From: the human T2T-CHM13v2.0 reference genome, Homo sapiens
DNA length: 64,000 bases
Strand: one strand, 5' to 3'
Assembly (NCBI RefSeq): GCF_009914755.1
Contig: NC_060947.1
In this document: one piece after another, positions 39,143-54,945 of the stretch
How the letters are laid out: each line of letters opens with the position of its first letter
Numbering within the stretch: position 1 is the first letter of the stretch
Position numbers and translations under genes: made by a program
Notes under the pieces: model-generated
What the model was told of the DNA's origin: nothing
Databases searched by the model: none
What the model saw: the letters and a program-made list of their open reading frames with translations, nothing else

Positions 39143-40084
39143 ATAGAATCCAAAAGGAAGTCATCTGATAGAAAAACACAATGCCGAACAAATAAATCAT
39201 CAGTAAAATGAATTAAAATTTTATTATAAAAATAAAATATTAACTATTTTTGAGTTTTAGAGAAAAGCTTGATAACAAAATAGGGTTAGTGAATCTCAAG
39301 GTCCTTATTGTCATCCTGATCAAGTGAAAACCTAAATAACTTGTTAGAAAAAAAGTATTAAAAATTTTGAAGTTCAACTTCCATTTCTACAAATATGGCA
39401 GACTAGAGAACCTGAAAATCCCCCAACTACAAAACAGCTAGGAATGTTGGGTAAAATGTAGCAAACATCTTTTTAAATGCCTAGCTGTGCTCCAATGAAA
39501 GTAAAGGAGATTACCAGTGGCAAAGAATGAAGAGAAAATTGAAAGCCAGAGAAAACCCAGAGCTGAAACTGCAGGCACATTGAGGAATGTTGCTGGTCAG
39601 AACAAGTTTGAAGTTTGAGTTCTAAAGTCCAAGCAGAGGCAAGATATGGCATAGAGTATACATTAAGTGTGGAGCTGAAACTGAGAAATTCCTCACAAAA
39701 ATGAGTCTTGAACAGCTGCAACCGCAATAAAAGGAAGAAGTAGAAGCACACAAACAACTGTCACAAGAAATTGTCTATATCATGTTGCTTTCTTTTCAGG
39801 GTTTGGGGGGGTGGGTAGGGAGTCTCCTTTAAGAATTTATTAACATAAGCTTGTCTTCTAAAAACAGGTTTATGGTTTGAATTTACATTACCCATTTGAT
39901 CCAGAAACCATTCCCCAAAACTCACCACATGCAGAATGATCACAGACTGGTGATAACTCTGGGGCTACTGACAATCAAATGAAAAATCATTCTGGAGAGG
40001 TCAGACTTCAAACTAGAAGATGGAGAAAAGATGAGAATGGCAAATCTAGAAAGCAGGAAAGGAGAGAAAGAAAAAAGGTAAAGA

Positions 40085-40167
40085 GGCCGGAGTGGTGGCT
40101 CAGGTCTGTAATCCCAGCACTTTGGGAGACGGAGGTGGGAGGATTGCTTGAGGCCAGGAGTTCAAGA
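40085..40167 (+). mobile_element. 3'-truncated Alu/FLAM 5' fragment
   Basis: First ~83 nt of an Alu; flanks AAAAAAGGTAAAGA / AAAAGAGGTAAAGA. Confidence 0.8.
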
Positions 40168-40706
40168 AAAAGAGGTAAAGAAAAAAGCCATGGTAAGTAG
40201 AAAACACAAAACAAATCATTAACAATACATTACAAATGCATATGTAATCACGTATTTTTAAATGAACTAAATTATAAAACAGAAGTGTTTAGATGATGAG
40301 AGAAAAAAAGAAATTCAGCTAAATGCTATTTTTGAGAGACATACCTAAAACTTCAGAAGTAGAAAAGTTCAAAATAAAAGGGTAAAAAAATTTTTTTTAG
40401 ACAAATGCTAACCAAAAAAGGGTCATGATTACTATATAAACGGCAAACAAAAGCCGCTTTAAGGAAAAAAGTGGGTAAGGGCTCAGGAAAAGGAGATACC
40501 TGCACAATGATAAAAGTTCCAATTTTCCAGGAAGATGTAACAATTCTAAACTTGCCATGAACGGGTTAGCAAAGTATCAAAATATGCAAACAGAAAGTGA
40601 CAGCGTTTAAAAGGGAAATAGATTCCCTTTTAAATTTTAACAACAGGAACATTAACAAATCTCTCTCAGTGATTGATAGATTAAGCAAACAAAAAATTAA
40701 TAAAGA

Positions 40707-41065
<359 letters not shown>

Positions 41066-41350
41066 CTACACATAACATCAAAAACTCCATATTTGTTAAG
41101 AAGACAGAAATGTATATACACATATCATTTATCCAAGAATAACAGCACATAAAACAAGTATAAAAATGTACACCGTAATGATAAGCACAAAAATTAGGAC
41201 AGAGGTAGCTTTACAGAGGGAGCATGCTGGGCTTAGAGTGGAGAATATAGGACTTTCAATTCTATTAGTATTGTTTTATTAGTTTAAAAAGATCTGAAGC
41301 AGAATGCCATATTGTTAGTATTTAATAAAACTGGATAAAGAGTACATGAG

Positions 41351-41645
<295 letters not shown>

Positions 41646-41874
41646 GCGCATGAGTGTTCATTATATTTTTCTCTGTATATTTTTTCTGTTTGAAATAGCT
41701 CATAGCTTTAAAAAAAAAGAAAGAAACTAAAGTCAAAAGGCAATAGGCAATAACAAACTAGAAAAGATATTTGAAAAAGAATATGACAAGAAGTTAATAT
41801 CCTACAAATTGATGAGAAAAAAAAGAAACAATTTAAAAGGAGCCAAAAGTATTCTGGCAAATACTATTAGTTGG

Positions 41875-42289
41875 TGTATTAGTCAGGGTTCTCCAGAGAA
41901 CAGAACTAATAGGAAATGTGTATATAGAGAAAAAGAGATTGTTTTTAAGGAACTGGCTCCCACAATTAAGGAGGCTGGCAAGGCCAAAATCTGCAGGGTC
42001 GGCCAGCAGGCTGGAAACCCAGAGAAGAGTTGATAGGACTGCAGTTCCAGGCCTAAGGCACTCTGCCACAGAATTCACTCTTGCTCAGAAGAGGTCAGTC
42101 TTTTTTCAGACCTTGAAACTATTTGAACTTAGCCCACTTACATTATGGAGAACAATCTACTTTACTCTGAATTTTCCAATTTAAATGTTAATCCTATCAA
42201 AAAGCACCAAAGGACATCCGGAATAATATTTGACCAAATATCTGGGCATTGTGGCCCAGCCAAGTTGACACATAAAATTAACCATCATA
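41875..42289 (-). mobile_element. MLT2 (ERV-L) solo LTR
   Basis: TGTATTAGTCAGGGTTCTCCAGAG...GTTGACACATAAAATTAACCATCA. Confidence 0.88.
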
Positions 42290-42787
42290 GTCAGCTAACA
42301 GAGCAACCATTTCCAGCTTTGCTCTCCCTTACCTCTTACCCACAAATACTATGGAAGCTAGAAAAGTTAATGCTTGCTTTCCCAGCCTCTATGAATGGCC
42401 ATACATCCCAGATCTGGTCACTGAGACTTAACTAGAAGTTTGCTGTGGAAAAGGGAGTGGCTTCTGAAACAGCTTTTGTTTTGTTTTTATAAAAGAAACA
42501 GATACAGCTCTTGCTGCTCATCTTCTCTTTTATCTGCCTTTAATGTGGACATGATGCCTGGAGCTGTGGCACATAGCTTGCAAACATCAATTCCCCACCT
42601 GCAAAGAATGGTATATCTGAAAGAAAGAAATCCTGGGATTTTGATGCCATTTTTGAGCAACTGCATGATCAACTTTCTGCTTACTTATAGACATCTTGTA
42701 ATGTGGTATTAATTGTCATTATTGCTTAAATCACTCTTAACCAGATAGCCTGATACTTGCAGCCAAAAAACATTTCTAACTGATACA
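42290..42787 (+). mobile_element. Old ERVL-type LTR (LTR33-like)
   Basis: GCTTTCCCAGCCTC, GTGGACATGATGCCTGGAGCTG, ends CTAACTGATACA. Confidence 0.55.
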
Positions 42788-42999
42788 GATTTGAAGAGGT
42801 ATTTGAGAGAAGAGTGTCCACTAAATATGAAAATGTGGTCAACCTCACTAGTACTCAGAGAAAAGTTACAGGATTCAACATTGGTGAGAATATTTTTAAG
42901 AATGGGTATATACCAATGTTACTGGTGAGAGTGTAAATTTTTGCAACCTTCTAAAAACCAATCTGCCAACATCCAGTTAAATAAAATATAGTAAGTTAA

Positions 43000-43545
43000 A
43001 TTATATATGTAAATATAAATATATTTATATTAAAATAGTGGCTTATATTTAAATAAACAGTGGTTACATATATACACATACATGTATACATACACCTATG
43101 TCTATATACACATATGTATACATACATATACACATATGTATACATACATATACACACATATACACATATGTATACATACATATACACACATATGTATATG
43201 CATATATACATGTAAATATAATGTACATATATAAATATAAAGGTTAGATTATATATATACATATATATAATTTAAAGTCAAAAGGCAATGATAAACTGGG
43301 AAATATATTTGAAAAATTACAACAAAAAGTTTATATCCTCCAAACTGATGATAAAAAGAGAAGCATTCCAATTAAAAAGACTAATTATATGTATATATAC
43401 ACCATACACACACGTATATAGTTTAACCAGTATATTTGTATGTGTGTGTATATACATATTTGTGTATATACATATGCATACACATATATGTGTGTATGTG
43501 TGTATATATACATATATATATAAACATATACATGCACACACATAA
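43000..43545. repeat. TA/CATA/TG low-complexity tracts, including a ~22-bp unit TACACATATGTATACATACATA
   Basis: Alternating purine-pyrimidine runs at ~43000-43270 and ~43386-43543. Confidence 0.85.
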
Positions 43546-43604
43546 TTTAACCAGAGTCCCACATTGGGAAATCTAGCCTAAGAAATAAAAATGACCAGTA
43601 CGTA

Positions 43605-44055
43605 TGTTGTAGGAGAAACAGTCATCCATGGTTTTCTCGGAATCCTACATATCTTGCTGAGTATGCTAAGAACATAAAAGCCTGATTGCTCTTTACTTGG
43701 TCCATTCCTCAGGTTATGTTTGCAGTGAGCAACCTTCAGGAATGAGTACAAAAGCAGGCTTACTTACTGTCTGCTACAAAAATGGTCGATTTTCTAAGCT
43801 TAGTGCTCCTCAGGTGTACCACAAACACACTGCCTATAAAGCATCAATCAGGGCCATATCATCTCCCCTGCGGGACTGAGGAACAACGGGAACTGATGTG
43901 AATATACTTGTGCTCATACTGCTTGCAGTGCTGTATGTAATAATACCTTTTGTCTTTAACCCAGAAGTATTTTGCCTTCTATAGCATCTATGAAACCATG
44001 GCAGTCGAACTGGTTAGCTTAGAATTAGGGTAAAATCAAATCCCAGACCTTTATA
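43605..44055 (+). mobile_element. ERVL-type solo LTR (LTR47/MER76-like)
   Basis: GAGAAACAGTCATCCATGG start, GTTTGCAGTGAGCAACCTT, TAGGGTAAAATC end. Confidence 0.55.
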
Positions 44056-44212
44056 GTAAGAACATACACAAATTGTTGCTTTGCATTATTAACTTAATGG
44101 TAAACCAAATAATTAAAAGAAAATATCAATTTCCATTAACAAGAAAATAATTCAACAAAATGGTGCATCAACATCATGTAATATTATACCACCATCGAAA
44201 AAGAATGTGCTT

Positions 44213-44983
<771 letters not shown>

Positions 44984-45025
44984 AAAAAGAATGTGTTCTA
45001 TGTATATGCATTACCTTACAGAGAG

Positions 45026-45062
45026 GTGTGTGTGTGTGTGTGTGTGTGTGTCTGTGTGCACA
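45026..45062. repeat. (TG)n microsatellite
   Basis: GTGTGT run. Confidence 0.9.
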
Positions 45063-45139
45063 CGCACGTATTTGAATAAGCATAGAGAAAGGTGTGACAG
45101 AAAACATTACTTTAAGAAATGCATTGGAAAAATTTTGCA

Positions 45140-45255
45140 TATAGATATATGATATAGATTGATATAGATATAGATTGATACAGATTGATATAGATTGATA
45201 TAGATATAGATATATAGATATAGATATAGATAGATACAGATATTGATATAGATTG
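45140..45255. repeat. (GATATA/GATTGATATA)n simple repeat
   Basis: Tandem ATAGAT variants. Confidence 0.85.
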
Positions 45256-45304
45256 GCTTTTAAAGTAAGTATTTGTTATTTTTCAATTTAAAATGTAATG
45301 AACC

Positions 45305-48205
45305 ACTAAACATCTATTAGAATTAGGAAATGAGTTCAGAAAGGTTGCAGGATACAAGATCAACATACAAAAATTAATTTTATTTGCATATACTTGCAGT
45401 GAACAATCCAAAATGATAGTAAGAAAACAATTCCATTTACAATTGCATAAAAAAATACTTAGGAATAAATTTAACAAGATAGGTGCAAAACATACACTGA
45501 AAACTAAAAAATAATGTTGAAAGAAGTTAAAGAAGATCCAAATAAATGGAAAGATATCATATTTATATGATCAGAAGACTTAGTATAATAGAGATCTCAA
45601 TATTCCCTAAATTGATCTATAGATTCCATTCAATCCCTATCAGAATCTCATCTGGCTTTTTTTGCAGAAATTGACAAGCTGATACTAAAATTCATATAGA
45701 AATTCAAAGGACCCATAATAACATGAACAATCTTTAAAAAAGAACAAAGTTTGAAGACTCACACTTTTCAGTTCCAAGCTTACTACAAAGCAATACTAAT
45801 CAAGACAGTGTGGTAGTGGCATAAGGGTAGACATATATAGATCAATGAAATAGAATTGAGAGTTCAGGGAAAAAAACATATATCCATGGTCAATTGATTT
45901 TTGACAAGGGTATCAGATCATTCAATAAGGAAAGAATAGTCTCTTCAACAAATGGTGCTGGAACAACTTAATAGCCAAATGCATAAAGAATGAAGTTGAA
46001 CCTCCTACATCACACCATATAAAAAACAAGTCAAAACGGATCAATTATGTAAACATAAGTGCTATAACCATAACACTCTTACAAGAAAACATAGGGATAA
46101 ATCTTGATAACCTTGGATTTGGAAATGGATTCTTAGATATACTATCAAAAGCACAGACAACAAAACAAAAATATATAAATCGAACTTCATAAAAATTAAA
46201 CACTTGTGCTTCGAAGTATACTATTAAGAAAGTGGAAACACAACCCACAGAATGGAAGAAAGTGCCAATCATATATCTGAAAGAGACTTGTATCTAGAAC
46301 ATATACATAACATTTACAACTCAATAATAAAAATGATAAATAACCCAAATAAAAAATGGACAAAGGATCTGAATAGACACTTCTTCAAAGAAGATATACA
46401 AATATCCAATCAACACATGAATACATGCTTGACATTATTAGCCATCAAGATAATACAAATCAAAATCCCAATGAGACACTTCTTACACCCACTAGGATGT
46501 CTATAATTGAAAAGCCAGACCAAAAAAAAAGTGTTGGAGAGGATGTGGAGAAATTGAAACCATCATATGCTGCTGGTGGAAATGGAAACTGGTGCAGTCA
46601 CTTTGGAAAACAGTCCAGAAGTTTTTCAAAAATTTAAATATAGTGTTATCTTTTGATTCCCTAATTCTACTTTAAGGAATATACTCAAAAGAAATGAAAA
46701 CATATCCCCACACAAAAACTTATAAATGAATATTTATAGCAGCATTATCCATAGTAGCCTAAAAGGTAGAAACGACTAAAATGTCCACCAACTGAGGAAT
46801 GATTAAACAAAATGTTACACCCATACAATGAAATATTATTCAGCTATATAAAGGAATGAATTTCTTATTTGTGCTAGAACATGTATGAACCTTGAAAACA
46901 TTGTGCTAACTCAGCAAAAGAAACTGCCATCAGAGTGAACAGACAACCCACAGAATGGAAGAAAATGTTTGCAATCTATCCATCTGACAAAGGGCTAATA
47001 TCCAGAATCTACAAAGAACTTGAACAAATTTACAAACAACCCCATCAAAAAGCGGGCAAAGGATATGAACAGTCACTTCTCAAAAGAAGACATTTATGCA
47101 GCCAACAATCATATGAAAAAATGCTCATCATCACTGGCCATCAGAGAAATGCAAATCAAAACCACAATGAGACACCATCTCACACCAGTTAGAATGGCGA
47201 TCATTAAAAAGTCAGGAAACAACACGTGCTGCAGACGTTATGGGGAAATAGGAACCCTGTTACACTGTTGGTGGGAGTGTAAATTAGTTCAATCATTGTG
47301 GAAGACAGTGTGGTGATTCCTCAAGGATCTAAAACTAGAAATACCATTAGACTCAGTGATCCCATTACTGGGTATATAACCAAAGGATTATAAATCATGC
47401 TACTATAAAGACACATGCACACATATGTTTATTGTGGCACTATTCACAATAGCAAAGACTTGGAACCAGCCCCAGTGTCCATCAATGATAGACTGGATTA
47501 AGAAAATGTGGCACATATATACCATGGAATACTATGCAGCCATACAAAAGGATGAGTTCATGTCCTTTGTAGGGATGTGCATGAAGCTGGAAACCATCAT
47601 TCTGAGCAAACTATCACAAGGACAGAAAACTAAACACCACATATTCTCACTCATAGGTGGGAAATGAACAATGAGAACACTTGGACACAAGGCAGGGAAC
47701 ATCACACACTGGGGCCTGTTGTAGGGTGGGGGGATGGGGGAGGGATAGCATTAGGAGAAATACCTAATGTAAATGACGAGTTAATGGGTGCAGCAAACCA
47801 ACATGGCACATGTATACATATGTAACAAATCTGCACATTGGCACATGTACCCTAGAACTTAAAGTATAATATTAAAAAAAAGAAAATATTGTGCTAACTG
47901 AAAGAAAGCTGACACAAATTCCACATTTTATGATTCCATTTATGTAACGTGTCCAGAATAGGGAACTCTAAAGAAATAGAAAATGGAATATTGGCTGCCT
48001 ATGGCTGGAAGGAAATGGGGAGGTGGGAGTTTATGAGTCATAGCTAAAGGGTATAGGATTTCTATTTGAGGTGATGAAATGTTCTAAAATTGATTGCGGT
48101 GATGGTTGCAGAACTCTGTAAGTATAGTATAAACCATTGAATGGAACACTTTAAATGGGTGAATTGTGTGATATCTGAATTATATCTCAATAAAACTGTT
48201 ACCAA
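45305..48205 (+). mobile_element. L1MB-like ORF2 3' half and 3' UTR, split by a younger L1
   Basis: Degenerate ORF2 45305-46911; 3' UTR resumes at 47882 and ends TATATCTCAATAAAACTGTT. Confidence 0.85.
46912..47881 (+). mobile_element. 5'-truncated L1PA6-like insertion
   Basis: ORF2 C-domain (HCWWEC) and 3' UTR; 18-bp TSD GAAAA(C/T)ATTGTGCTAACT at 46894-46911 and 47882-47899. Confidence 0.93.
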
Positions 48206-49659
48206 AATATATATAGTGAAGGGGAAATATGTTTCCTTCCAGCATTTTCTACTTTCTTCACAATATGAGAAAGGTACAGAAATCCCTGATCCTTAAAATA
48301 TTTTTTAAAAAAGAAAAAGGAAGGAAGGAAGAGGAAAAATCACCTCTGCTGACTCCATATAGGCCTGTAAGTGAGCAGAAATCCAAATCAGGCTGTTTCC
48401 TATTTTCTATGTGGCAGTGAATAATCTGATCATACAATATATCAGATTTGAATGCCTTGTATTTTTTAATACTTTGCTGCTTATCTCCCACCTGAAATAA
48501 CATCTAACATCTGACTCCCCTATCAGTATGCTTGGCAAGTAGCTCACCCTTTGGATAAAAAAAAAAAAAAAAAAAAAAAAGAATTCCCTTTATTTAAAAA
48601 AATAAAAAAAGAGAGTCAGTGGGAAGATGGAAAGAAAGCCACTTGGCTTTGTCTTTTTTTTTTTTTTGGCAAATATATATTAGCAAAATGAGGTTCCTTC
48701 AATTCTAGCACAGGTTCCAAAGAGAGCAGACTAGTGGTTTATCCACAGAAAAATAAAAACTTAATATTATGAAATATGCATGTTAATGAAAAAAAGAAAA
48801 ACTAACATATATAGAATCTTCCCTTACCCACCAAAAAACATAGTTTATCAGAGTTTGTTTATCAGAAAATTCTTGAAGGTCACTAGTATAATAAAAGCAA
48901 AATAACAGAAACATTTATGTACATAGAACTTGAAAGCAATACTGTGATAATAGTTCACACATTCCCTGACAGCCTTCACATAGCCCTCTAATTTTTCAAT
49001 AATAAATTCAAAAATTTCCCTTCCTTTGAAGTTTCTCCTTCTAAACAAAAGAGAGGAGAAATTTCATACCCAGAAGTTGCCACCTAATCTGTTGCAAAGT
49101 CAAGTACAGATAAATAAATAGCTGGTAAATCCTTGGCCTGATAAATAAAATCAGCTCTGTTTGAAAGCTGAGCACAGACTAAGTGTTCAACTTCTGAATA
49201 TAGTTTAAAATATTCCCATTCATCGAAAGAAAAGTTTAACTTCTATATAATACAGAATGCCAGGATTAAACAAAAGAATATGGTTAATGGGAGAATTTTA
49301 AATAGGGCAAATGAATTTAGAGGAGATGAAAATTCAGCCCTGACAACAAGACCCTGATGAGCTTCAAAATAATCCAGACCCTCTCAAACTAGTAACCCTT
49401 AGCGCTGAGGTAGAAAGATGCAATGTGCCGATGATGCCATAAAATAGACATCTTCCTGGAGCCTCAATTGTACTTAAAGATTTGGGGGAAAGCATTACTT
49501 TTATACAAATGTATCTATACTTGGAGTACCACACAAACATTTACATGTAATTTTAAAGATAAAACAATATGTGTTTACACAGAGAAATTCTAATTTAATT
49601 ACCGAGAAAGTCTAGACTGGTCACTTTGGACTATGCTCGAGAGTCATGCAAAGCGCTGG

Positions 49660-49729
49660 TGTGATAGGCAGCTTCTAAGATGGCCTCCAGTGATCTCCAC
49701 CTCTTAGTATGCACAGACTAGTGTAATTC
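49660..49729 (+). mobile_element. MLT1 LTR 5' fragment
   Basis: TGTGATAGGCAGCTTCTAAGATGGCCTCCAGTGATC. Confidence 0.6.
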
Positions 49730-50278
49730 TGTAACTGAATGCAAAGCCAGCTGATCACTGTTCGGAAGTCAAAACGTGAGAAGCGAGATGTGGTGAAAGA
49801 AAAGTACCTTTATTTATCAAATTCTAGCAGTTGGGACATGGCCAGGCTCAAGCCTCAAAGAAACCATCTCCAAGTTTTCAGCTAAGGGCAGGGTTTTAAG
49901 AAGGGAAACTTGGTATGGAAGGCATGCAGGAGTTGTGCAGAGTTCAGGGTCTGTGTGTCTTGTTCCAATGGCTATTGTGAGTTATTGTCTACCTGGAGTG
50001 CTGGTTGACCCCATCTAAGTTGTGACTGGGCTGTAGATTTTCCATCTTGAGGTAATCTCTAAATGGAAGAGAATTCTGCAGCTGTGTCTCCACGCCTGGT
50101 TTGTTTTAAAATTAGCCCCTGGAATTTCTCAACAAACATACAGTTGGATAAGAGTGTCTCCTGGGAAAGGAAAGGAGACAGAGTTTCAAAGTACATTTTA
50201 AGGCTATATTCTAAGACTAAGGGCGAATAAAAGGTTTCTCCAGTTTGTTTCAAGGTTACATTTTAAGACTAAAGAGAA
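49730..50278 (-). mobile_element. ERV1-class LTR (family uncertain)
   Basis: TGTAAC terminus, TTTATT (antisense polyA signal) near 49809, GGTTACA near 50254-50260. Confidence 0.55.
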
Positions 50279-50977
50279 GGATTCCCGGGCAAGATGGCCG
50301 AACAAGAACAGCTCCAGTCTGCATCTCCCAGTGAGACCAACGCAGAAGGCAGGTGATTTCTGCATTTCCAACTGAGGTACCCGGTTCATCTCACTGGGAC
50401 TGGTTAGACAGGGTGCAGCCCACAGAGGGCGAAGCGAAGCAGGGTGGGGTGTCGCCTTACCCAGGAAGGACAAGGGATTGGGGAACTCCCTCCCCTAGCC
50501 AAGGGAAGCCATGAGGAACTGTGCCGTGAGGAACTGTGCTATCTGGCCCAGATACTACGCTTTTCCCATGGTCTTCACAACCCACAGACCAGGAGATTCC
50601 CTCGGGTGCCTACACCACCAGAGCCCTGGTTTCAAGCACAAAACTGAGTGGCCATTTAGGCAGACACTGAGCTAGCTGCAGGAGTTTTTTCATGCCCCAG
50701 TGGCACCTGGAATGCCAGCGAGACAGAACCATTCACTCCCTTGGAAAGGGGGCTGAAGCCAGGGAGCCAAGTGGTCTTGCTCAGCAGATCCCACCCCCAT
50801 GGAGCCCAACAAGCTAAGCTCCACTGTCTTGAAATTCTCCCTGCGAGCACAGCAGTCTGAAGTTGACCTGGGACACTCCAGCTTGGTGGGGGGAGGGGTG
50901 TCTGCCATTACTGAGGCTTGAGTAGGTGGTTTTCCCCTCACAGTGTAAACAAAGCCACCTGGAAGTTTGGACTGGGC
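50279..50977 (+). mobile_element. L1PA7/8-like 5' UTR only (3'-truncated)
   Basis: CAAGATGGCCGAACAAGAACAGCTCC start, unspliced ACTGAG|GTACC; stops abruptly, no ORF1 follows. Confidence 0.9.
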
Positions 50978-51097
50978 CTTAAGTTTTTGGTACCAGGGTT
51001 GGATAAACTACTGAATTCTGATTCTTCTTAATCTTTAGTTAGCCCTTAAAGTCAAAAGAAAGAAATTTTGAGCTTTTTTCTCAGTAAGAATTATGCT

Positions 51098-51975
<878 letters not shown>

Positions 51976-52422
51976 TTAAGAATATTTTAAAAATAGTAAT
52001 GCTGTGTCCAAATTATTATAAACTCTAAGTTACAAATAACATTTTATTGGCAGATATGCTCTGTAAGTTGCACAAACTGATTTTGTTAAGTTTCATCTGC
52101 TTCTTTTCTTTCTTTCAGTCTATCAATGTGAGGAAGATGAGTGGGAGCACCTTAACACAGACACTTTGAATTTGAGCAGCAGCAAAAGGGCAAGCAGGGT
52201 ATGTAGTACAGGTCTGGTATGCCTGATATGGTTCCTTTCACAGAAGAGTGACCAGTGTAGGTTTAACAAGCCCTTTGACTCTAGCTAGAGTTCTGGAACA
52301 CAGGGCAATGCATTGTAACTCACTGATGTATCCAGATACATAAACTATGTAATTTGCTCTATGTATCAGTCCCCTTTACACAATCCTTTACAAGCCCATC
52401 CCTGGTGGAAACAGAATGATAA

Positions 52423-52740
<318 letters not shown>

Positions 52741-54655
52741 TAGTACTCTTACTCAGCATTGCTAGTTCAGCCTCTTCCTCATTTTGACAAGCATTCAACT
52801 TAAGGGAGTGATTTTTCCATTATTAAGAATTATATATAAACTGATTTTTTTTGTAGTGCAGATAATCTTAGTGAATTATGCATGGGTCTGCCAAGAAAGT
52901 TATAATTCTGTCATCCCAAATACATTGTTCAACCAGGAGACCTGGACTGATTTAAAAGTATGGCGTGATTGTAAACCACCCTGGGATCCTTCGGGATGAA
53001 ACACAATGTATAATAACGTTATATCATATGAGAACAGGTAGGAACAAGAATGACAGAACATAGGTGTTAATCATTTAATATTATTTCTAAATTATTCAAA
53101 GTGATTCCCAAGACAAATGTTAACTTCATTTTGACATCAAATCCATGTACACTTGACAGTGAGAAAGCACGCTGCTGCTTTATATTTTCCCTGCCTTTTT
53201 TCTTCAGATTCATAAGTCAATAATAAGTTGGCTTGCTTCTTTACAAAAGACAGAGCTACATCAGTAGATACCATCCATCAAATAAAATTTAGATTGTACC
53301 CTAGGGAAACTGATTTTCCCTAGATACCCTTAAAATCCCCACAGTGGTCAATACACTGTTCTACTCTCTCCGTCTTTCACATGGACAGAAATTGCTTTCT
53401 TTCTTGAGTTCAGCAGAGATTTGGCTTTTTCTAAGGCAGCCCTCTGGGACATTCTGAAAGCTTTCAGAAAGATTGTATCATTTATTTGTCTGCCACAAAG
53501 AAATGCAAGCAAAAAGCCAAGTGTAAGTAACAGCTAGACATTACATGGCAAGCCCTACTCCCTCTATGCTCAGGTCAGAGCTTGGCTGTTTAGTTCTCAA
53601 TCACAGAATAAGTCATTGTTACTCTTTGGTAGAAGAAAGCAAACTGAGGAAAAGAGAAGTAACCCTTTTAGGGAAAAAGAAAGATCAGTAAAACTCAATA
53701 GTTGGCCTTCATCAGTTGGAGTGCAGGCTTCTATCTTCCCTTTCAAGAATATGTATGGAAGTGCTCGCCTTTTCCTTCAATCAAATCAATGAAAATTTTC
53801 TTCATGTGCTAATGAGAATTTTGAAGACATTTCTGAATGAATTTTGACATCATCTTTATGATTAAAGGAAATATGTTTAAATGGAAGTTTGGAAGATTGC
53901 AGCAAAACATCATCAAAACAAAACTTAGCATTTCAGCTCAGGAGGCATCTCATATTTGTGTGTTAAAGGTTGTATTTTGAAAGTCCTATTTATTATAAAA
54001 ACTACCAACTACTGTGAAAAGGTTTATTTCAAAGACTCAGTGAGGCTTCAAAGAACATAGCACCCAGCATAACATAGGCAGTCAATCTACTGAATGACTC
54101 AATGAATTAAGGACTTAAGATTTTAGTGTTTCAAAAATTCGCTAAATGGTACTTTGCTTCAAACATTTGTATAAATCTGTATCTCTCTGCAAACTAATAT
54201 ACACTGATGGCATGTCTGTAGAATTGAATTATATATGAACTGTATATAATTCTACTTTCTCTTCGGCTGGCTATATTTCTAGGAAAGCTCCATTTCTTTC
54301 TCCATTTATCTTCCTTTTCAAAGACCACTTCTCATGCTCTTCTTCCTTAAGGTTTTACAGGTTATATAGACTGATGTCTCTATATGTATATGTTTCCTGC
54401 TATACTAGGAACTTTTTAAGAAAAAGAGAAATTTTATTTGGCTTTCTATTCTGTTCTAGCATGGCACCCTACAGCTAACTTTATCATTCGGTATGCTAAT
54501 TGCCCATTTGCTTAGAGAGGTACAGCACTCTCATGATAAGATTTGAACCTTTAGATTTAGCCATTCCAGAACATCTTCATCATGTAAGTCAATAAACAAG
54601 TTTGAATTGGTTTTTGTCCCTTGAAACCCAAAGACCGCTCATAAAATTGATACTG

Positions 54656-54945
54656 GGCTGGGAGCGACAGCTCACACCTGTAATCCCAGCACTTTGGGAG
54701 GCTGAGGTGGGAGGATTGCTTGAGCTCAGGAGTTCAAGTCCAGCCTGGACAACATGGCCAAACCCCATCTCTACAAAAAATACAAAAATTAGCCAGACAT
54801 AGTGGTGTGTGCCTGTAGTCCCAGCTACTTGGGACACTGAGGTAGGAGGATCACCTGAGCCCAGGGAGGTCAAGGCTTTAGTGAACCGTGATTGTGCCAC
54901 TGCACTCCAGCCTGGGCAGCAGAGTGACACCCTATCGCAAAAAAA
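54656..54945 (+). mobile_element. AluJ
   Basis: Full Alu; TSD AAAATTGATA(C/T)TG. Confidence 0.92.

Noticed and set aside
42996-43562. Tyr/Ile/Cys/Val-rich ORFs
   Set aside because: Translations of TA/TG microsatellites
48557-48580. Isolated A24 tract as tail of a processed pseudogene
   Set aside because: No TSD, canonical polyA signal or recognisable upstream cDNA
53301-53323. 9-bp stem-loop CTAGGGAAA/TTTCCCTAG
   Set aside because: Several stems of this length are expected by chance in 64 kb
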